DNA from: an uncultured Candidatus Saccharibacteria bacterium
GTDB lineage: Bacteria; Patescibacteriota; UBA1384; XYA2-FULL-43-10
Assembly (NCBI GenBank): GCA_964426805.1
Contig: CAYRRY010000001.1
Location: forward strand, 2,504-66,503
Direction: 5' to 3'
DNA: 64,000 nucleotides
In this document: positions 1 through 8,838 of the stretch, piece by piece
How the letters are laid out: every line of letters starts with the position of its first letter
Position numbering within the stretch: the first letter of the stretch is position 1
Position numbers and translations under genes: made by a program
The notes under the pieces: generated by a model
What the model saw: the letters and a program-made list of their open reading frames with translations, nothing else
What the model was told of the DNA's origin: nothing
Databases searched by the model: none

Positions 1-425
1 TGGGTTGTGTCGAGAGTTTCTGCTGTGTAGTCGTTTTCGTAAAAAGATCCACTGTTGTTTTCCTCGGTTTCGTTGTTGTTCTCGCCAGCGAAAAATCCTT
101 CGAAATATGAATAATTTTGGTAGAAAAGCAAAAAGACAAGAATGATTATTAGAAACACAACCCATTTAGCCATCGGGTTATTTGTTTTCTTTGGATGGTT
201 GCCAAAATATTCTTTTTCTTCCTTTGTTTTTTCCTCTTCGGCTTGTTTTTCTTCGGTTTCTTCTTCTTCGTGATGGTCAAAGACAAAAGGATCGTCTGAG
301 TATTTTGGAGTATTATTGATATTAATTTCAAAATTTTCACCCTCGACTTTTGTGTCCTTTTTGGTAATATCAGCTTTTTTTGTTTGTTTTTTAGGACTTA
401 TATCGTTAGCTATACCCATATTCAT
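1..425 (-). CDS. Partial hypothetical membrane-anchored protein (runs off the window start)
   Basis: Hand translation from ATG at 425 (GGAGGGG RBS upstream) stays open to position 1: MNMGIANDISPKK...acidic stretch...WVVFLIIILVFLLFY (one TM helix). Not in the ORF track because the stop lies outside the window. Confidence 0.7.
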   Translation of the reverse strand, partial: MNMGIANDISPKKQTKKADITKKDTKVEGENFEININNTPKYSDDPFVFDHHEEEETEEKQAEEEKTKEEKEYFGNHPKKTNNPMAKWVVFLIIILVFLLFYQNYSYFEGFFAGENNNETEENNSGSFYENDYTAETLDTT

Positions 426-474
426 GCCCCTCCAAGTGCATGGTTATATTATATCAAAAAGATAAAAGAATGTA

Positions 475-1395
475 CTATTTTTGCCAGTTTTTGCTATTTG
501 AGTGATTTTCGTGCATCTTGAATTTCTGAATGTGGGCTCGCCAGTCATCGCCGATTATAAATGGTTCTTTCTCTGGCTTGTTTTGCTCTTCGAGCATAGT
601 AAGATAACCAACGTCTTCGATCTCTATCCCCATCAACTTTAGGGCTAAGATGTCAGCCATAAGTGAGTCCGTAGAGGCTATCGCCCAGTGGGAAGGCACC
701 ATCTCCCCTCCTGCTGCTGGACCGTTGCCTTGCATGGAGGAGAAGCCGTCCAGTACTGCCAAATCAATTTTAATTTTAGAAGCAAGTCTTCGAATATTTT
801 CATTTATAGCCCAGTTGCCCTGGTGTATCATCACTTTGTTATTTTTCCCCATGCCGAATCTTGTGGCCACTCTAGCTGTGAATCCGTTGTCGGGTCGTAA
901 AAGAGAACCTACAGCGATGTTTTTGATAGCTCCCGTATAGACCACGTTGTTGTGTGTTTTGGGCGGAGAAACGCTGATAAGGTAGTCTGACTCTGTAATT
1001 GTTTTTGATATCTGAGCTTTCCATGGTTTTTCATTTTTATCAATTAGCTCAATCTCCTCAAATTCGTCGTTGTTCAGGTCAACTACAGAAAAACCGTAGG
1101 TTTCTTGAAGTGAAAAGTAGTCGTAGTTTTTAAATGCTTCGACGGTATCACCGACTCCTGTTCCTTCGGCTAGGGTTATCTGGTTTCTGGCATACGGTTT
1201 GATAAATTCAAAAACAGCATGAAGCGCATCGACGTGGGTTGATGCGAGCTGAAAATTGTCAACCACACAATTCGGTTTTACTACAATCCGCTCGGCTTTT
1301 TTGAGTCCAGAGATGATGTCGCCCTTGGTGAGCGAAAGAGATCTTTGGACGTTGTATGTCCTGTCGTCGGAATAAATAAAAGAAATCTTGCTCAT
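475..1395 (-). CDS. DUF362 family protein
   Basis: Motifs VVKPN, TH, AEG, PKTH...TGAIKN and DG...GNGP..G. ATG at 1395 preferred over TTG at 1404. Confidence 0.8.
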   Translation of the reverse strand: MSKISFIYSDDRTYNVQRSLSLTKGDIISGLKKAERIVVKPNCVVDNFQLASTHVDALHAVFEFIKPYARNQITLAEGTGVGDTVEAFKNYDYFSLQETYGFSVVDLNNDEFEEIELIDKNEKPWKAQISKTITESDYLISVSPPKTHNNVVYTGAIKNIAVGSLLRPDNGFTARVATRFGMGKNNKVMIHQGNWAINENIRRLASKIKIDLAVLDGFSSMQGNGPAAGGEMVPSHWAIASTDSLMADILALKLMGIEIEDVGYLTMLEEQNKPEKEPFIIGDDWRAHIQKFKMHENHSNSKNWQK

Positions 1396-1454
1396 AAAAA
1401 ACAATATATATAAAAATATTACCTATATTAAATTCTAGCCGACGAAAGACTTTC

Positions 1455-1667
1455 TTACCAGCGAGAATATTCCTCTTTCTTTTCACCCGCCTTTTTATTT
1501 TTGGCTTGTTTGCCCTTTGAAACTAGAATGGTGCCAGCCTTTTCATCCACTTTCATGTCTACAAGGTCGCCCTTGCCCCATTTTAGCTCTTTTATCACCC
1601 ATTTTGGCAGGGTAACACACAGACTGTAGTTTGAGAATTTAATCAATTTTCTTTTTTCATTTTTCAT
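1455..1667 (-). CDS. AbrB/MazE/SpoVT-family DNA-binding protein
   Basis: RKLIKFSNYSLCVTLPKWVIKELKWGKGD swapped-hairpin signature. Start taken at MKNEKRK. Confidence 0.8.
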   Translation of the reverse strand: MKNEKRKLIKFSNYSLCVTLPKWVIKELKWGKGDLVDMKVDEKAGTILVSKGKQAKNKKAGEKKEEYSRW

Positions 1668-1758
1668 ATGAGTAAAGTATATATCCATTGATTACTTTAA
1701 TCAAATAATATTAGCCTAATATATTTATAGAAAAATCCAACGGCTGGAATATCGTAGG

Positions 1759-2370
1759 CTATAAAACGAATTTTCGAATAACTCCTTTGACTTTGCCCTG
1801 AACAGTAATTCTCTTTTTGGAAAAACGCATCGGTTTCATGGTGCTATTAGCGGGTTGAAGTCGTATATATCCCTTTTCGTTGTAAAAACGCTTTAGGGTT
1901 GCATTTTCGTTGTCTACCAAGGCGACCACTATGTCACCATTGTGTGCGGAGGAGGTTTGCTCAATGATGACATAGTCGCCCTCCAAAATTCCATCTTCAA
2001 TCATAGACTCCCCTCGTACTCGAAGAGCAAATGTTTTTCGGCCCATCATATCTTTGGGGATATCTATGGTTTCGCTGGAACGTATGGCCTCTATCGGCTT
2101 GCCGGCGTCTATCACGCCTTCGAGAGGAACCATACAGAGATCGATGCCGGATGCGAAGGTTGGTGTGAGCTGGATAGATCTGGCGTCCATGTCTTCCTTG
2201 GTCAAGTAACCCTTGTCTTTCAAGATGTTAATATACTCGGCGACAGTGCCGGTGGATGATAGCTCAAAATAATATGCTATTTCGCGATAGCTGGGCGCGT
2301 AGCCGTTTTCGTCGATAAAGCTCTGTATGTAGTCCAAAATCTCTTTTTGTCGTCTTGTTAAAGGCTCCAT
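1759..2370 (-). CDS. lexA: SOS repressor LexA
   Basis: N-terminal wHTH (LTRRQKEILDYI..GYAPSYREIA), Ala-Gly cleavage site (DAGKP), catalytic Ser (GESM) and Lys (TLKR). Confidence 0.97.
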   Translation of the reverse strand: MEPLTRRQKEILDYIQSFIDENGYAPSYREIAYYFELSSTGTVAEYINILKDKGYLTKEDMDARSIQLTPTFASGIDLCMVPLEGVIDAGKPIEAIRSSETIDIPKDMMGRKTFALRVRGESMIEDGILEGDYVIIEQTSSAHNGDIVVALVDNENATLKRFYNEKGYIRLQPANSTMKPMRFSKKRITVQGKVKGVIRKFVL

Positions 2371-2462
2371 ATTATCTCCCTTATAGAATCCAACCGTCGT
2401 TAAATGGTGGTTGAGAATTTCTAGTTGAATTATTTTCTAAAAACATCGTAAATTTGATTAGT

Positions 2463-2509
2463 GTTCGTCTTATGTTCGGTACTTATATAATACCAAACAA
2501 AACCCGAAC
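2463..2509. promoter_or_regulatory. Two candidate LexA operators (GTTC-N7-GTTY direct repeats) flanking the lexA -10 region
   Basis: GTTCgtcttatGTTCgg at 2463-2479 on +, and GTTCgggttttGTTTgg at 2493-2509 on -, either side of an AT-rich TATA stretch upstream of lexA. Confidence 0.6.
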
Positions 2510-2568
2510 ATCCAGATGAAATTTATCCACAACTAAAAAAATATGCATAGGACTATAGAATACAAAAA

Positions 2569-2706
2569 TTATCCTCTTTTCTTGGTTTTAGATCTTTTGT
2601 CTTTCTTCTCTTTATATCGAATCTTTTTGATCAATTTGTGAAACAAACAACCTCTGTTCGCAAGAGCGAACACTCGCCTTTCAACTCTACTGGCTTTTAT
2701 CTTCAT
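2569..2706 (-). CDS. Small basic hypothetical protein (45 aa)
   Basis: MKIKASRVERRVFALANRGCLFHKLIKKIRYKEKKDKRSKTKKRG*. GGAGG at 2720-2724, spacing rather long. Confidence 0.35.
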   Translation of the reverse strand: MKIKASRVERRVFALANRGCLFHKLIKKIRYKEKKDKRSKTKKRG

Positions 2707-2783
2707 CGCATAGATAGTGCCTCCAAAGGAGTTATCTAAACTTATAAGCTTGAAGCGTGGTTGGTATTGTTAAAACAATATAC

Positions 2784-4088
2784 TTATTTGCTCTGTTTTG
2801 AAAGCAATCCCACACACTCTATGTGATGAGTCTGTGGAAAGTTGTCTATGGGCTGTACTTTTTCTAAAATTATCTCGTGCTTCTTAAATTCATTTATGTC
2901 ACGTGCGAAAGTGGCTGGGTTGCAGGAAGCATAGATTAGTCGTTTAAATTTTTGTTTCGAAATCTCACTTACTAATTCTTTTGTAATTCCCGCCCTTGGT
3001 GGGTCAACAATCACAACATTGCTCTCGTACTTATTCAAGTTTATTCTATCTCTAAGATCCAGAGTGTAAAAATTACAATTTTGAACATGATTTAGCTTGG
3101 CGTTGTCTCTAGCGTCGTTAACCGCATTTAAAACTACATCTATCCCGGCTACTTCTTTGGCAAGGGTTGAGAGATAAATGCCGATAGTTCCGGTGCCACA
3201 AAATAAATCCAAGATAGTGTCCCCCGCTTCAACCTTGGCGTATTTTTTGATTATTTCGTAAAGTGTTTTAGCGCCGTATGAATTAGTTTGAAAAAAGGAC
3301 TCTGGAGATATTTGGAACTTAAACTTGCCTATTTTCTCATAAATTATCGGCGAACCAAATATCAGCTTTCGCTTAAGGCTCTTGAGTGACTTATTCGGAG
3401 CAATCGTATGATAAATAGATTTGACCTCATCAATCTTTTTTAAAACCTCTACAATCCCCTCTCTGTTTGGAAGCTCTTCATTGGTTGTAATTAGTTCAAC
3501 CATAATTTCACCAGTTATTTTTCCCTCGCGAATTTTTATCTGCCAGAAAGAAGACTTATACAGAACATTATCATTTATGTAGCTTTTTAATTCATTCAAT
3601 ATTTTATTTGATGTTTCTGATTGGAGGAAACATTCATCTATAGGAACCAACTCATTTTTATAATAGTGGTGTCTAGCAAAAGAGATGTTTTTATTGTTGT
3701 CTAGTAAAAAGAAAAAGCGCATAGAGTTCCTGTAATATAGCGGATGGTTTGACCCGGGCAAGATTGTCTCTGCTTCAATATCAATTTTAGCGCGGTCTAA
3801 AACTTCCTGGAATACTTTCTCTTTAATTTTGAGTTGATTGTCGTAGTTTATGTTCTGATGCCCGCATCCGCCACAATCTTCGAAGTGTGGACACTTGGGT
3901 TCAATGCGGATGTTTGAGGGTTTAATAATTTCATCAATCACGCCCTCTGCAAAAGACTTTTTATTTTTTAAAAGCTTAACTTCTACCTCGTCCCCGGGAA
4001 CGGTTTTGGGTACAAAAATAGGACGACCATTTTCGTCTCGTCCTAATCCAACTCCTGGAAATATAATTTTTTCAATTTTGATTTTCAT
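2784..4088 (-). CDS. rlmD: 23S rRNA (uracil-5)-methyltransferase RlmD/RumA
   Basis: TRAM domain, CPHFEDCGGC Fe-S motif, FFQTN, LDLFCGTG, VDPPRAG, YASCNP, FPQTHHIE. Confidence 0.93.
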   Translation of the reverse strand: MKIKIEKIIFPGVGLGRDENGRPIFVPKTVPGDEVEVKLLKNKKSFAEGVIDEIIKPSNIRIEPKCPHFEDCGGCGHQNINYDNQLKIKEKVFQEVLDRAKIDIEAETILPGSNHPLYYRNSMRFFFLLDNNKNISFARHHYYKNELVPIDECFLQSETSNKILNELKSYINDNVLYKSSFWQIKIREGKITGEIMVELITTNEELPNREGIVEVLKKIDEVKSIYHTIAPNKSLKSLKRKLIFGSPIIYEKIGKFKFQISPESFFQTNSYGAKTLYEIIKKYAKVEAGDTILDLFCGTGTIGIYLSTLAKEVAGIDVVLNAVNDARDNAKLNHVQNCNFYTLDLRDRINLNKYESNVVIVDPPRAGITKELVSEISKQKFKRLIYASCNPATFARDINEFKKHEIILEKVQPIDNFPQTHHIECVGLLSKQSK

Positions 4089-4094
4089 ATTAAG

Positions 4095-4390
4095 TTTGTA
4101 CGACGCGGGAAGTTGCCCTCCCGCGTCGCTTCGGATCCCGTGATTTGCTGAAAAGAATTGCTATCAGTAAATCACGGTCGTTGTCTGGCCGTCAGCTCAC
4201 CAGCGTAGAGGCCTGGCTCAGACAACTGTTTGCCCCGTGAGGAGTGGGGCACGACCGCGGTTGCCTCATGCGCTGGCTGTTGCCGCACGAATCAGCAACT
4301 TCTTCTGCGTCGCACCCATAGGGTGTCTCTCCCTTCTTGGGTATGTGAGGGGCGTTTGCCACTCACTATCACTGTGGAGATGTTCTCGAC
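4095..4390 (-). ncRNA. Candidate structured RNA B (~300 nt), family unknown
   Basis: GC-rich intergenic stretch with about 7 hairpins (e.g. 4101-4110/4119-4128 with GCAA loop; 4138-4177; 4180-4187/4219-4226) and long-range pairings. Confidence 0.55.
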
Positions 4391-4435
4391 AAGTTAAAAC
4401 TATCATAAATCTGTCTCGACATCAACACACAACAA

Positions 4436-4460
4436 ATAAAAAAAGACTCACCTAGAGTCT
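4436..4460 (-). terminator. Intrinsic terminator ending RNA A
   Basis: AGACTC-TAGGT-GAGTCT followed by T7 on the minus strand. Confidence 0.7.
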
Positions 4461-4620
4461 GAAAATAATAACAATTTAGAGGGGGGCGCGTCGGGTAACG
4501 CGCCCCCCTGCAGCTCAAGCAGATTGACAGCACCTAGATAGTGATTTATCCCTTGCGGGGCCACGCTATTCTAGCGCCATCATTGTGTCCGCCTATTCAC
4601 CACCTTTCGGTGGCGGACTA
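4436..4620 (-). ncRNA. Candidate structured RNA A (~180 nt), family unknown
   Basis: Has its own promoter and terminator. GAAA- and GCAA-capped stems on the minus strand; perfect 12-bp stem 4480-4491/4498-4509. Confidence 0.6.
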
Positions 4621-4626
4621 TGTAAG

Positions 4627-4655
4627 AATATACCCTATTGCTGTCTATTTTTCAA
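4627..4655 (-). promoter_or_regulatory. Sigma70-type promoter for RNA A
   Basis: TTGAAA-N17-TATATT on the minus strand, with the first stem starting about 8 nt downstream. Confidence 0.6.
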
Positions 4656-5166
4656 TTGCTTTATATAGTATTATTCCCGCGGATGTTGCAACGTTTAGAG
4701 AGTTGGCCACGCCGTGCATCGGGATATCAACATAAGCATCGCACAGCGCAAGAGCGCCATCTCCTATCCCCTCTACTTCATTTCCCACAACTATGGCTAT
4801 TGGTTTCTTATATTTAAATTTATTGTAATCGATACTTTCGTCGGTTTGCTCTAGAGCGACCACCGACACATTCTTTTTCTTTAGTTTTTCTATCACATCA
4901 ATTGTATTTTCAAAATATTTGTAAGGTACATGTTCGATAGTCTGAAGAGCAGTTTTTTCTAGATCAGGTCTTGGCGGATGCGCAGTGATTCCACAGAGAA
5001 ATATTTTCTTAACTCTTGCAGCATCGGCTGTTCGAAACATGGCTCCCACATTGTGAACAGAGCGAATATTATCCAAAATCAAATAAACCTCATGGCGAGG
5101 TTTATTTTTGAGGATTTGTAAGTCCCCTTTTCTTTTAATCAATTCTTCAGTATTAAGTTTTTTCAT
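4645..5166 (-). CDS. TrmH/SpoU-family RNA 2'-O-methyltransferase
   Basis: LDNIRSVHNVGAMFRTA, VGNEVEG, IPMHG..NSLNVATSAGI SPOUT motifs. Start taken at MKKLN. Confidence 0.9.
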   Translation of the reverse strand: MKKLNTEELIKRKGDLQILKNKPRHEVYLILDNIRSVHNVGAMFRTADAARVKKIFLCGITAHPPRPDLEKTALQTIEHVPYKYFENTIDVIEKLKKKNVSVVALEQTDESIDYNKFKYKKPIAIVVGNEVEGIGDGALALCDAYVDIPMHGVANSLNVATSAGIILYKAIEK

Positions 5167-5220
5167 AGTTCCAAGTTCTTTATTCTTAATTCTGCAAAAC
5201 ATGTATTACCGATTTTGTTC

Positions 5221-6522
5221 TTAGCACTTATCTTTTTCAATTCTTTTCTGTATCTCTTCTAAAATATCTTTGACGAAAAATGTTTCCTGTGAGCTAGCAT
5301 TTAGATTTCTAAGAATCACTTCATCTTTCAGCGCTTCTTTCTGTCCGATAATTAGAGCATATTTTGCGCCAGTTTTAACCGCATGTCTCATCTGGGTTCT
5401 GAGTCCGTCGTTTGTTGGAACGAAGTAAACATTTGTGTTGTGCTTTGAAAGCATCTCGTAAACCTTCTTAGAGACCTCTTTGGCTTTTTCTCCAAGTTGA
5501 AGTATGCAAACCTCTACGCCACGGATAGGGGTAGGTTTAATCTTTTGCTCACGCATCAATTCCACAACCCTGTCAATTCCTAGAGAAAAGCCAACAGCGG
5601 GAGTTTTTGCTCCGCCCAAGAGCTCAACCAATTCATCATATCTTCCGCCTCCACCGATGGAGTTTTGTCTCTCTTTGTCAGACTTTGCAGCAAATTCAAA
5701 AACTGTTCTAGAATAATAATCCAAACCACGCACCAAGTATGGATCTAGGTCGTATCGAATCTCGAAATAATCTAGAAGCTCCAAGGTACTTTGGAAGTGA
5801 TCTTTGCATTCATCGCAGATATTGTCGATAATAAGTGGTGCACTTTTGGCTAATTTTTTGCATCCATCTTCTTTGCAGTCAAGCAAGCGGAGAGGATTTT
5901 CTTCATATCGGACTCTACAATCAGAACAAAGCTTGTTCAGATTTTTCTTGTAGTAGCTTTTTAGTTTCTTGATATATTTTGGTCGGCAAGCGGGGCAACC
6001 AATTGAGTTTGTATATACAATTATGTTTTTGAGGCCCAAGTCAGATAGAATTTTCCAGGCGGACATTATAGATAGATAGTCAGCCTTAGAAGATCTGTCG
6101 CCAAAAATTTCTACACCGACTTGATAAAACTCCCTGTATCTCCCCTTTTGAGGTCTGTCATGTCTGTACATGGGGCCAACGTAGTACATCTTTACCGGCT
6201 GAGGCATACTTCCCATCCCGTTTTCGATATATGCTCGCACGGCGCTAGCTGTTCCCTCTGGCCGTAGCGCGTATGTTGGATCCTTAATGTCATCTCCACG
6301 TTTTGAAATTAGATACATCTCCTTGCTGACGATGTCGGTATCTTTTCCAATCCCACGGGTAAATACTTCGGCATTTTCAAAAGTTGGCAGATCGATGCGT
6401 TGTATGCCCAGGCTTTGCAAAACACACTCGGAGGTGTGTCGAATCATCTGAAAATAAGGCTGGTCTTTGGGTAAAATATCTCTAGTTCCACGCGCTGTTT
6501 GATAAGATTCCTTTTTTGACAT
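5221..6522 (-). CDS. hisS: Histidine--tRNA ligase
   Basis: RGTRD, LRPEGTA, RHDRPQKGRYREFYQ, LVRGLDYY, GGGRYD. Confidence 0.97.
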   Translation of the reverse strand: MSKKESYQTARGTRDILPKDQPYFQMIRHTSECVLQSLGIQRIDLPTFENAEVFTRGIGKDTDIVSKEMYLISKRGDDIKDPTYALRPEGTASAVRAYIENGMGSMPQPVKMYYVGPMYRHDRPQKGRYREFYQVGVEIFGDRSSKADYLSIMSAWKILSDLGLKNIIVYTNSIGCPACRPKYIKKLKSYYKKNLNKLCSDCRVRYEENPLRLLDCKEDGCKKLAKSAPLIIDNICDECKDHFQSTLELLDYFEIRYDLDPYLVRGLDYYSRTVFEFAAKSDKERQNSIGGGGRYDELVELLGGAKTPAVGFSLGIDRVVELMREQKIKPTPIRGVEVCILQLGEKAKEVSKKVYEMLSKHNTNVYFVPTNDGLRTQMRHAVKTGAKYALIIGQKEALKDEVILRNLNASSQETFFVKDILEEIQKRIEKDKC

Positions 6523-6672
6523 ATACGCCTTTCAAATTTTAGTTCTAATTTTTTCTTTGTATGAGGCTAGGTTAGCAATAATTATGGTCCAAGTCAACAC
6601 GAAAATCGGAATATTTTGATGTTATTGGATATTAATTATACAATAAAAATGTAATCAAATAATAAAAAATAT

Positions 6673-7749
6673 ATGGCAAAGCGCAAAAACATAAAAATAC
6701 TAGGAGCGGGTATTTCGGGTCTAACCGCGGCGATTAATTTGGCGAAAGCTGGCTACGGGGTTGTCGTCTACGAAAAGAATAAAGATTGCGGCATGAGATT
6801 TCATGGTGATATGCAAGGTTTGGAAAACTGGTCAAACGAGGAAGATGTATTAGATATGATGCATTCCATGCACATAGATATTAATTTTGACGCGACACCT
6901 TTTAGGAAAGTTCAATTCTCTAATTGCGAGTCTACTAAAGAATTTTCATATGATAAACCTTTGTTTTATCTTGTAAAAAGAGGTAGCCAAAAAGGTAGTT
7001 TAGATATGGGCCTGAAGAAACAATCTCAAGATTGTGGGGTTGTTATTAAATTTGAGCAAGAGGTTGAAGAGAAAGAATGCGATATAGTTGCTACCGGACC
7101 TAAATTTAAGCACATTATAATAGCTGACAAAGGAGAGCTTTTCAAGAACGATTTGCCAGATATGGCCATTGCCATAGTTAACAACGAAGCTGCTTACAAG
7201 GGTTATTCGTATTTCTTAAATGTGGACGGGCATGGTTGTTTATGCAGCTGTGTTTTTGATGACATAAAAAAACTGAATGAATGTTATGATTTTACAAAGA
7301 AATATTTTATCTCAAAATATAATATAAAAATCCTTAAATCAAAAGAAGTTGGTGGTGTGGGATATTTTTCACTAAAAAACTGTTACAGAAAAGGCAAGGC
7401 CTTATATGTTGGTGAATCAGCAGGCATACAAGACTTTCTCGCAGGATTTGGCATGCGAACCGCAATGAAATCAGGGTTTTTGGCTGCCCAATCAATACTT
7501 AACAATACGGATTATGAGAAAATGGCGGAAGAAGAGTTCGGAGATTACTTGCGAGCAGGCATTGTGAATCGTTTCGTCTGGGAACATTCGGACTCAGATA
7601 ACTACCTGTCGGTTCTTGAGAGATTGAATAAAATGGACAATAGTACTAAATATTTAAAATCGATTTATAATTATAATTTAATTGAGCATATTGAATACCC
7701 TATTGCACTTTCATATATAAAGAAGCAATACCCGGAAATATTAGAATAG
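6673..7749 (+). CDS. FAD-dependent oxidoreductase (geranylgeranyl-reductase-like)
   Basis: GAGISG Rossmann motif, GYSYF, VGESAGIQD..AGFGM..AMKSG. Confidence 0.75.
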   Translation: MAKRKNIKILGAGISGLTAAINLAKAGYGVVVYEKNKDCGMRFHGDMQGLENWSNEEDVLDMMHSMHIDINFDATPFRKVQFSNCESTKEFSYDKPLFYLVKRGSQKGSLDMGLKKQSQDCGVVIKFEQEVEEKECDIVATGPKFKHIIIADKGELFKNDLPDMAIAIVNNEAAYKGYSYFLNVDGHGCLCSCVFDDIKKLNECYDFTKKYFISKYNIKILKSKEVGGVGYFSLKNCYRKGKALYVGESAGIQDFLAGFGMRTAMKSGFLAAQSILNNTDYEKMAEEEFGDYLRAGIVNRFVWEHSDSDNYLSVLERLNKMDNSTKYLKSIYNYNLIEHIEYPIALSYIKKQYPEILE

Positions 7750-7755
7750 AAGCCT

Positions 7756-8838
7756 CTACTCGTCGGTAAGTTTGAATCTATAGATCGATATCGCCGCCGC
7801 AACCACAATCCAGGTTATGACAATAATCATATTTATAGGATCTAAAAATGGTGATTTTGCTTCCAGCATTACGGCTCTGAGCATACGGAGTAGCGGCGCA
7901 AGTGGCAACCATTCGACTACGGAGAGCAACCATTCCGGAAGTTGATCAATTGGAAAGAAAACACCTGCCAAAAACATCATCGGTATAGTTATGGTCATGG
8001 ACATACCCTGGGCCGCATCTGCGTTCTTTGAGAAACTCGCCACTACGAAACCTAGAAGTTGGAATAAAAAGGCGCTGATAAGTGCAAAGACGACTGTTAG
8101 CCAGAGGCTTCCAGTTATGTTTGCTCCGAATCCGTAAACACCGATAGCCAAGATAACAGTGATTTGGATGATATTTACTACCAGTCTCGAAAGCACTTCT
8201 GCAAAGACAAATCTCCACGGTTTGATAGGGGTTGTGACAAGTCTTTTTAGGATCTGATCTTCTCTATACTTGCTCATAGTTATGGCGATTCCTTGGACCG
8301 AAGAGTTCATTAGTGCGAGACCGATCAGCCCGACTAGAACAAATTCAAAATAGGTTAACTCGTTTGAGGTAGAGCTGACTTCATTTATCGAAAAAATTGG
8401 TTCGACATTCTGAACTTTAAAATTTGCACCCGTTAGCATGTTGCCGAGAAAGGCTGTTATAACTTGGTTGGAAGTCAGGTTGCCCGGGTCTAAATAAACG
8501 TCAATTTCTTTCGGTGATTCAGGACTTAAAGCCCCAAAATCTTCAGGGATATATATTACGGAGACAATGTCGTTTGTTTCTATCAGCCCCTCTGCTTCTT
8601 CAATATTTTCAGTTTCACGAATCTTGAAAACATCAGAGTCAGTTAAGGTTGTCTCAATTCTGTTCGCAAGTTTTGTTTCTGATTTATTGATAACCGAGAT
8701 TGTGCCCACACTAGTTTCTTCTCCACCGAAAAAGAAACCGAAGATTAAGGTAAACATGATAGGAAATGCCAGGCTCCAAAAAAGACTCTGTCGTTGGCGG
8801 AAAAGCATTTTTAAGTTTAGTTGAATTAGTTTAAGCAT
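7756..8838 (-). CDS. ABC-2 type transporter permease
   Basis: N-terminal TM, extracellular domain, then multiple TMs; LKRLVTTP and LAGVFFP motifs. Confidence 0.9.
   Translation of the reverse strand: MLKLIQLNLKMLFRQRQSLFWSLAFPIMFTLIFGFFFGGEETSVGTISVINKSETKLANRIETTLTDSDVFKIRETENIEEAEGLIETNDIVSVIYIPEDFGALSPESPKEIDVYLDPGNLTSNQVITAFLGNMLTGANFKVQNVEPIFSINEVSSTSNELTYFEFVLVGLIGLALMNSSVQGIAITMSKYREDQILKRLVTTPIKPWRFVFAEVLSRLVVNIIQITVILAIGVYGFGANITGSLWLTVVFALISAFLFQLLGFVVASFSKNADAAQGMSMTITIPMMFLAGVFFPIDQLPEWLLSVVEWLPLAPLLRMLRAVMLEAKSPFLDPINMIIVITWIVVAAAISIYRFKLTDE

Noticed and set aside
149-340. 63-aa Lys-rich ORF
   Set aside because: It is an alternative frame of the longer RBS-preceded ORF starting at 425.
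4263-4272. 10-nt match (GCCTCATGCG) between RNA B and palindrome E
   Set aside because: Too short to distinguish from chance, and the segment is already explained by an internal pairing.
4095-4620. tmRNA, RNase P RNA, SRP RNA, 6S RNA or group II intron end
   Set aside because: No T-loop/CCA acceptor, no GAGGAAAGUCC, no SRP core, no long rod fold and no domain V catalytic triad. The GGCAAC-capped hairpin only superficially resembles domain VI.
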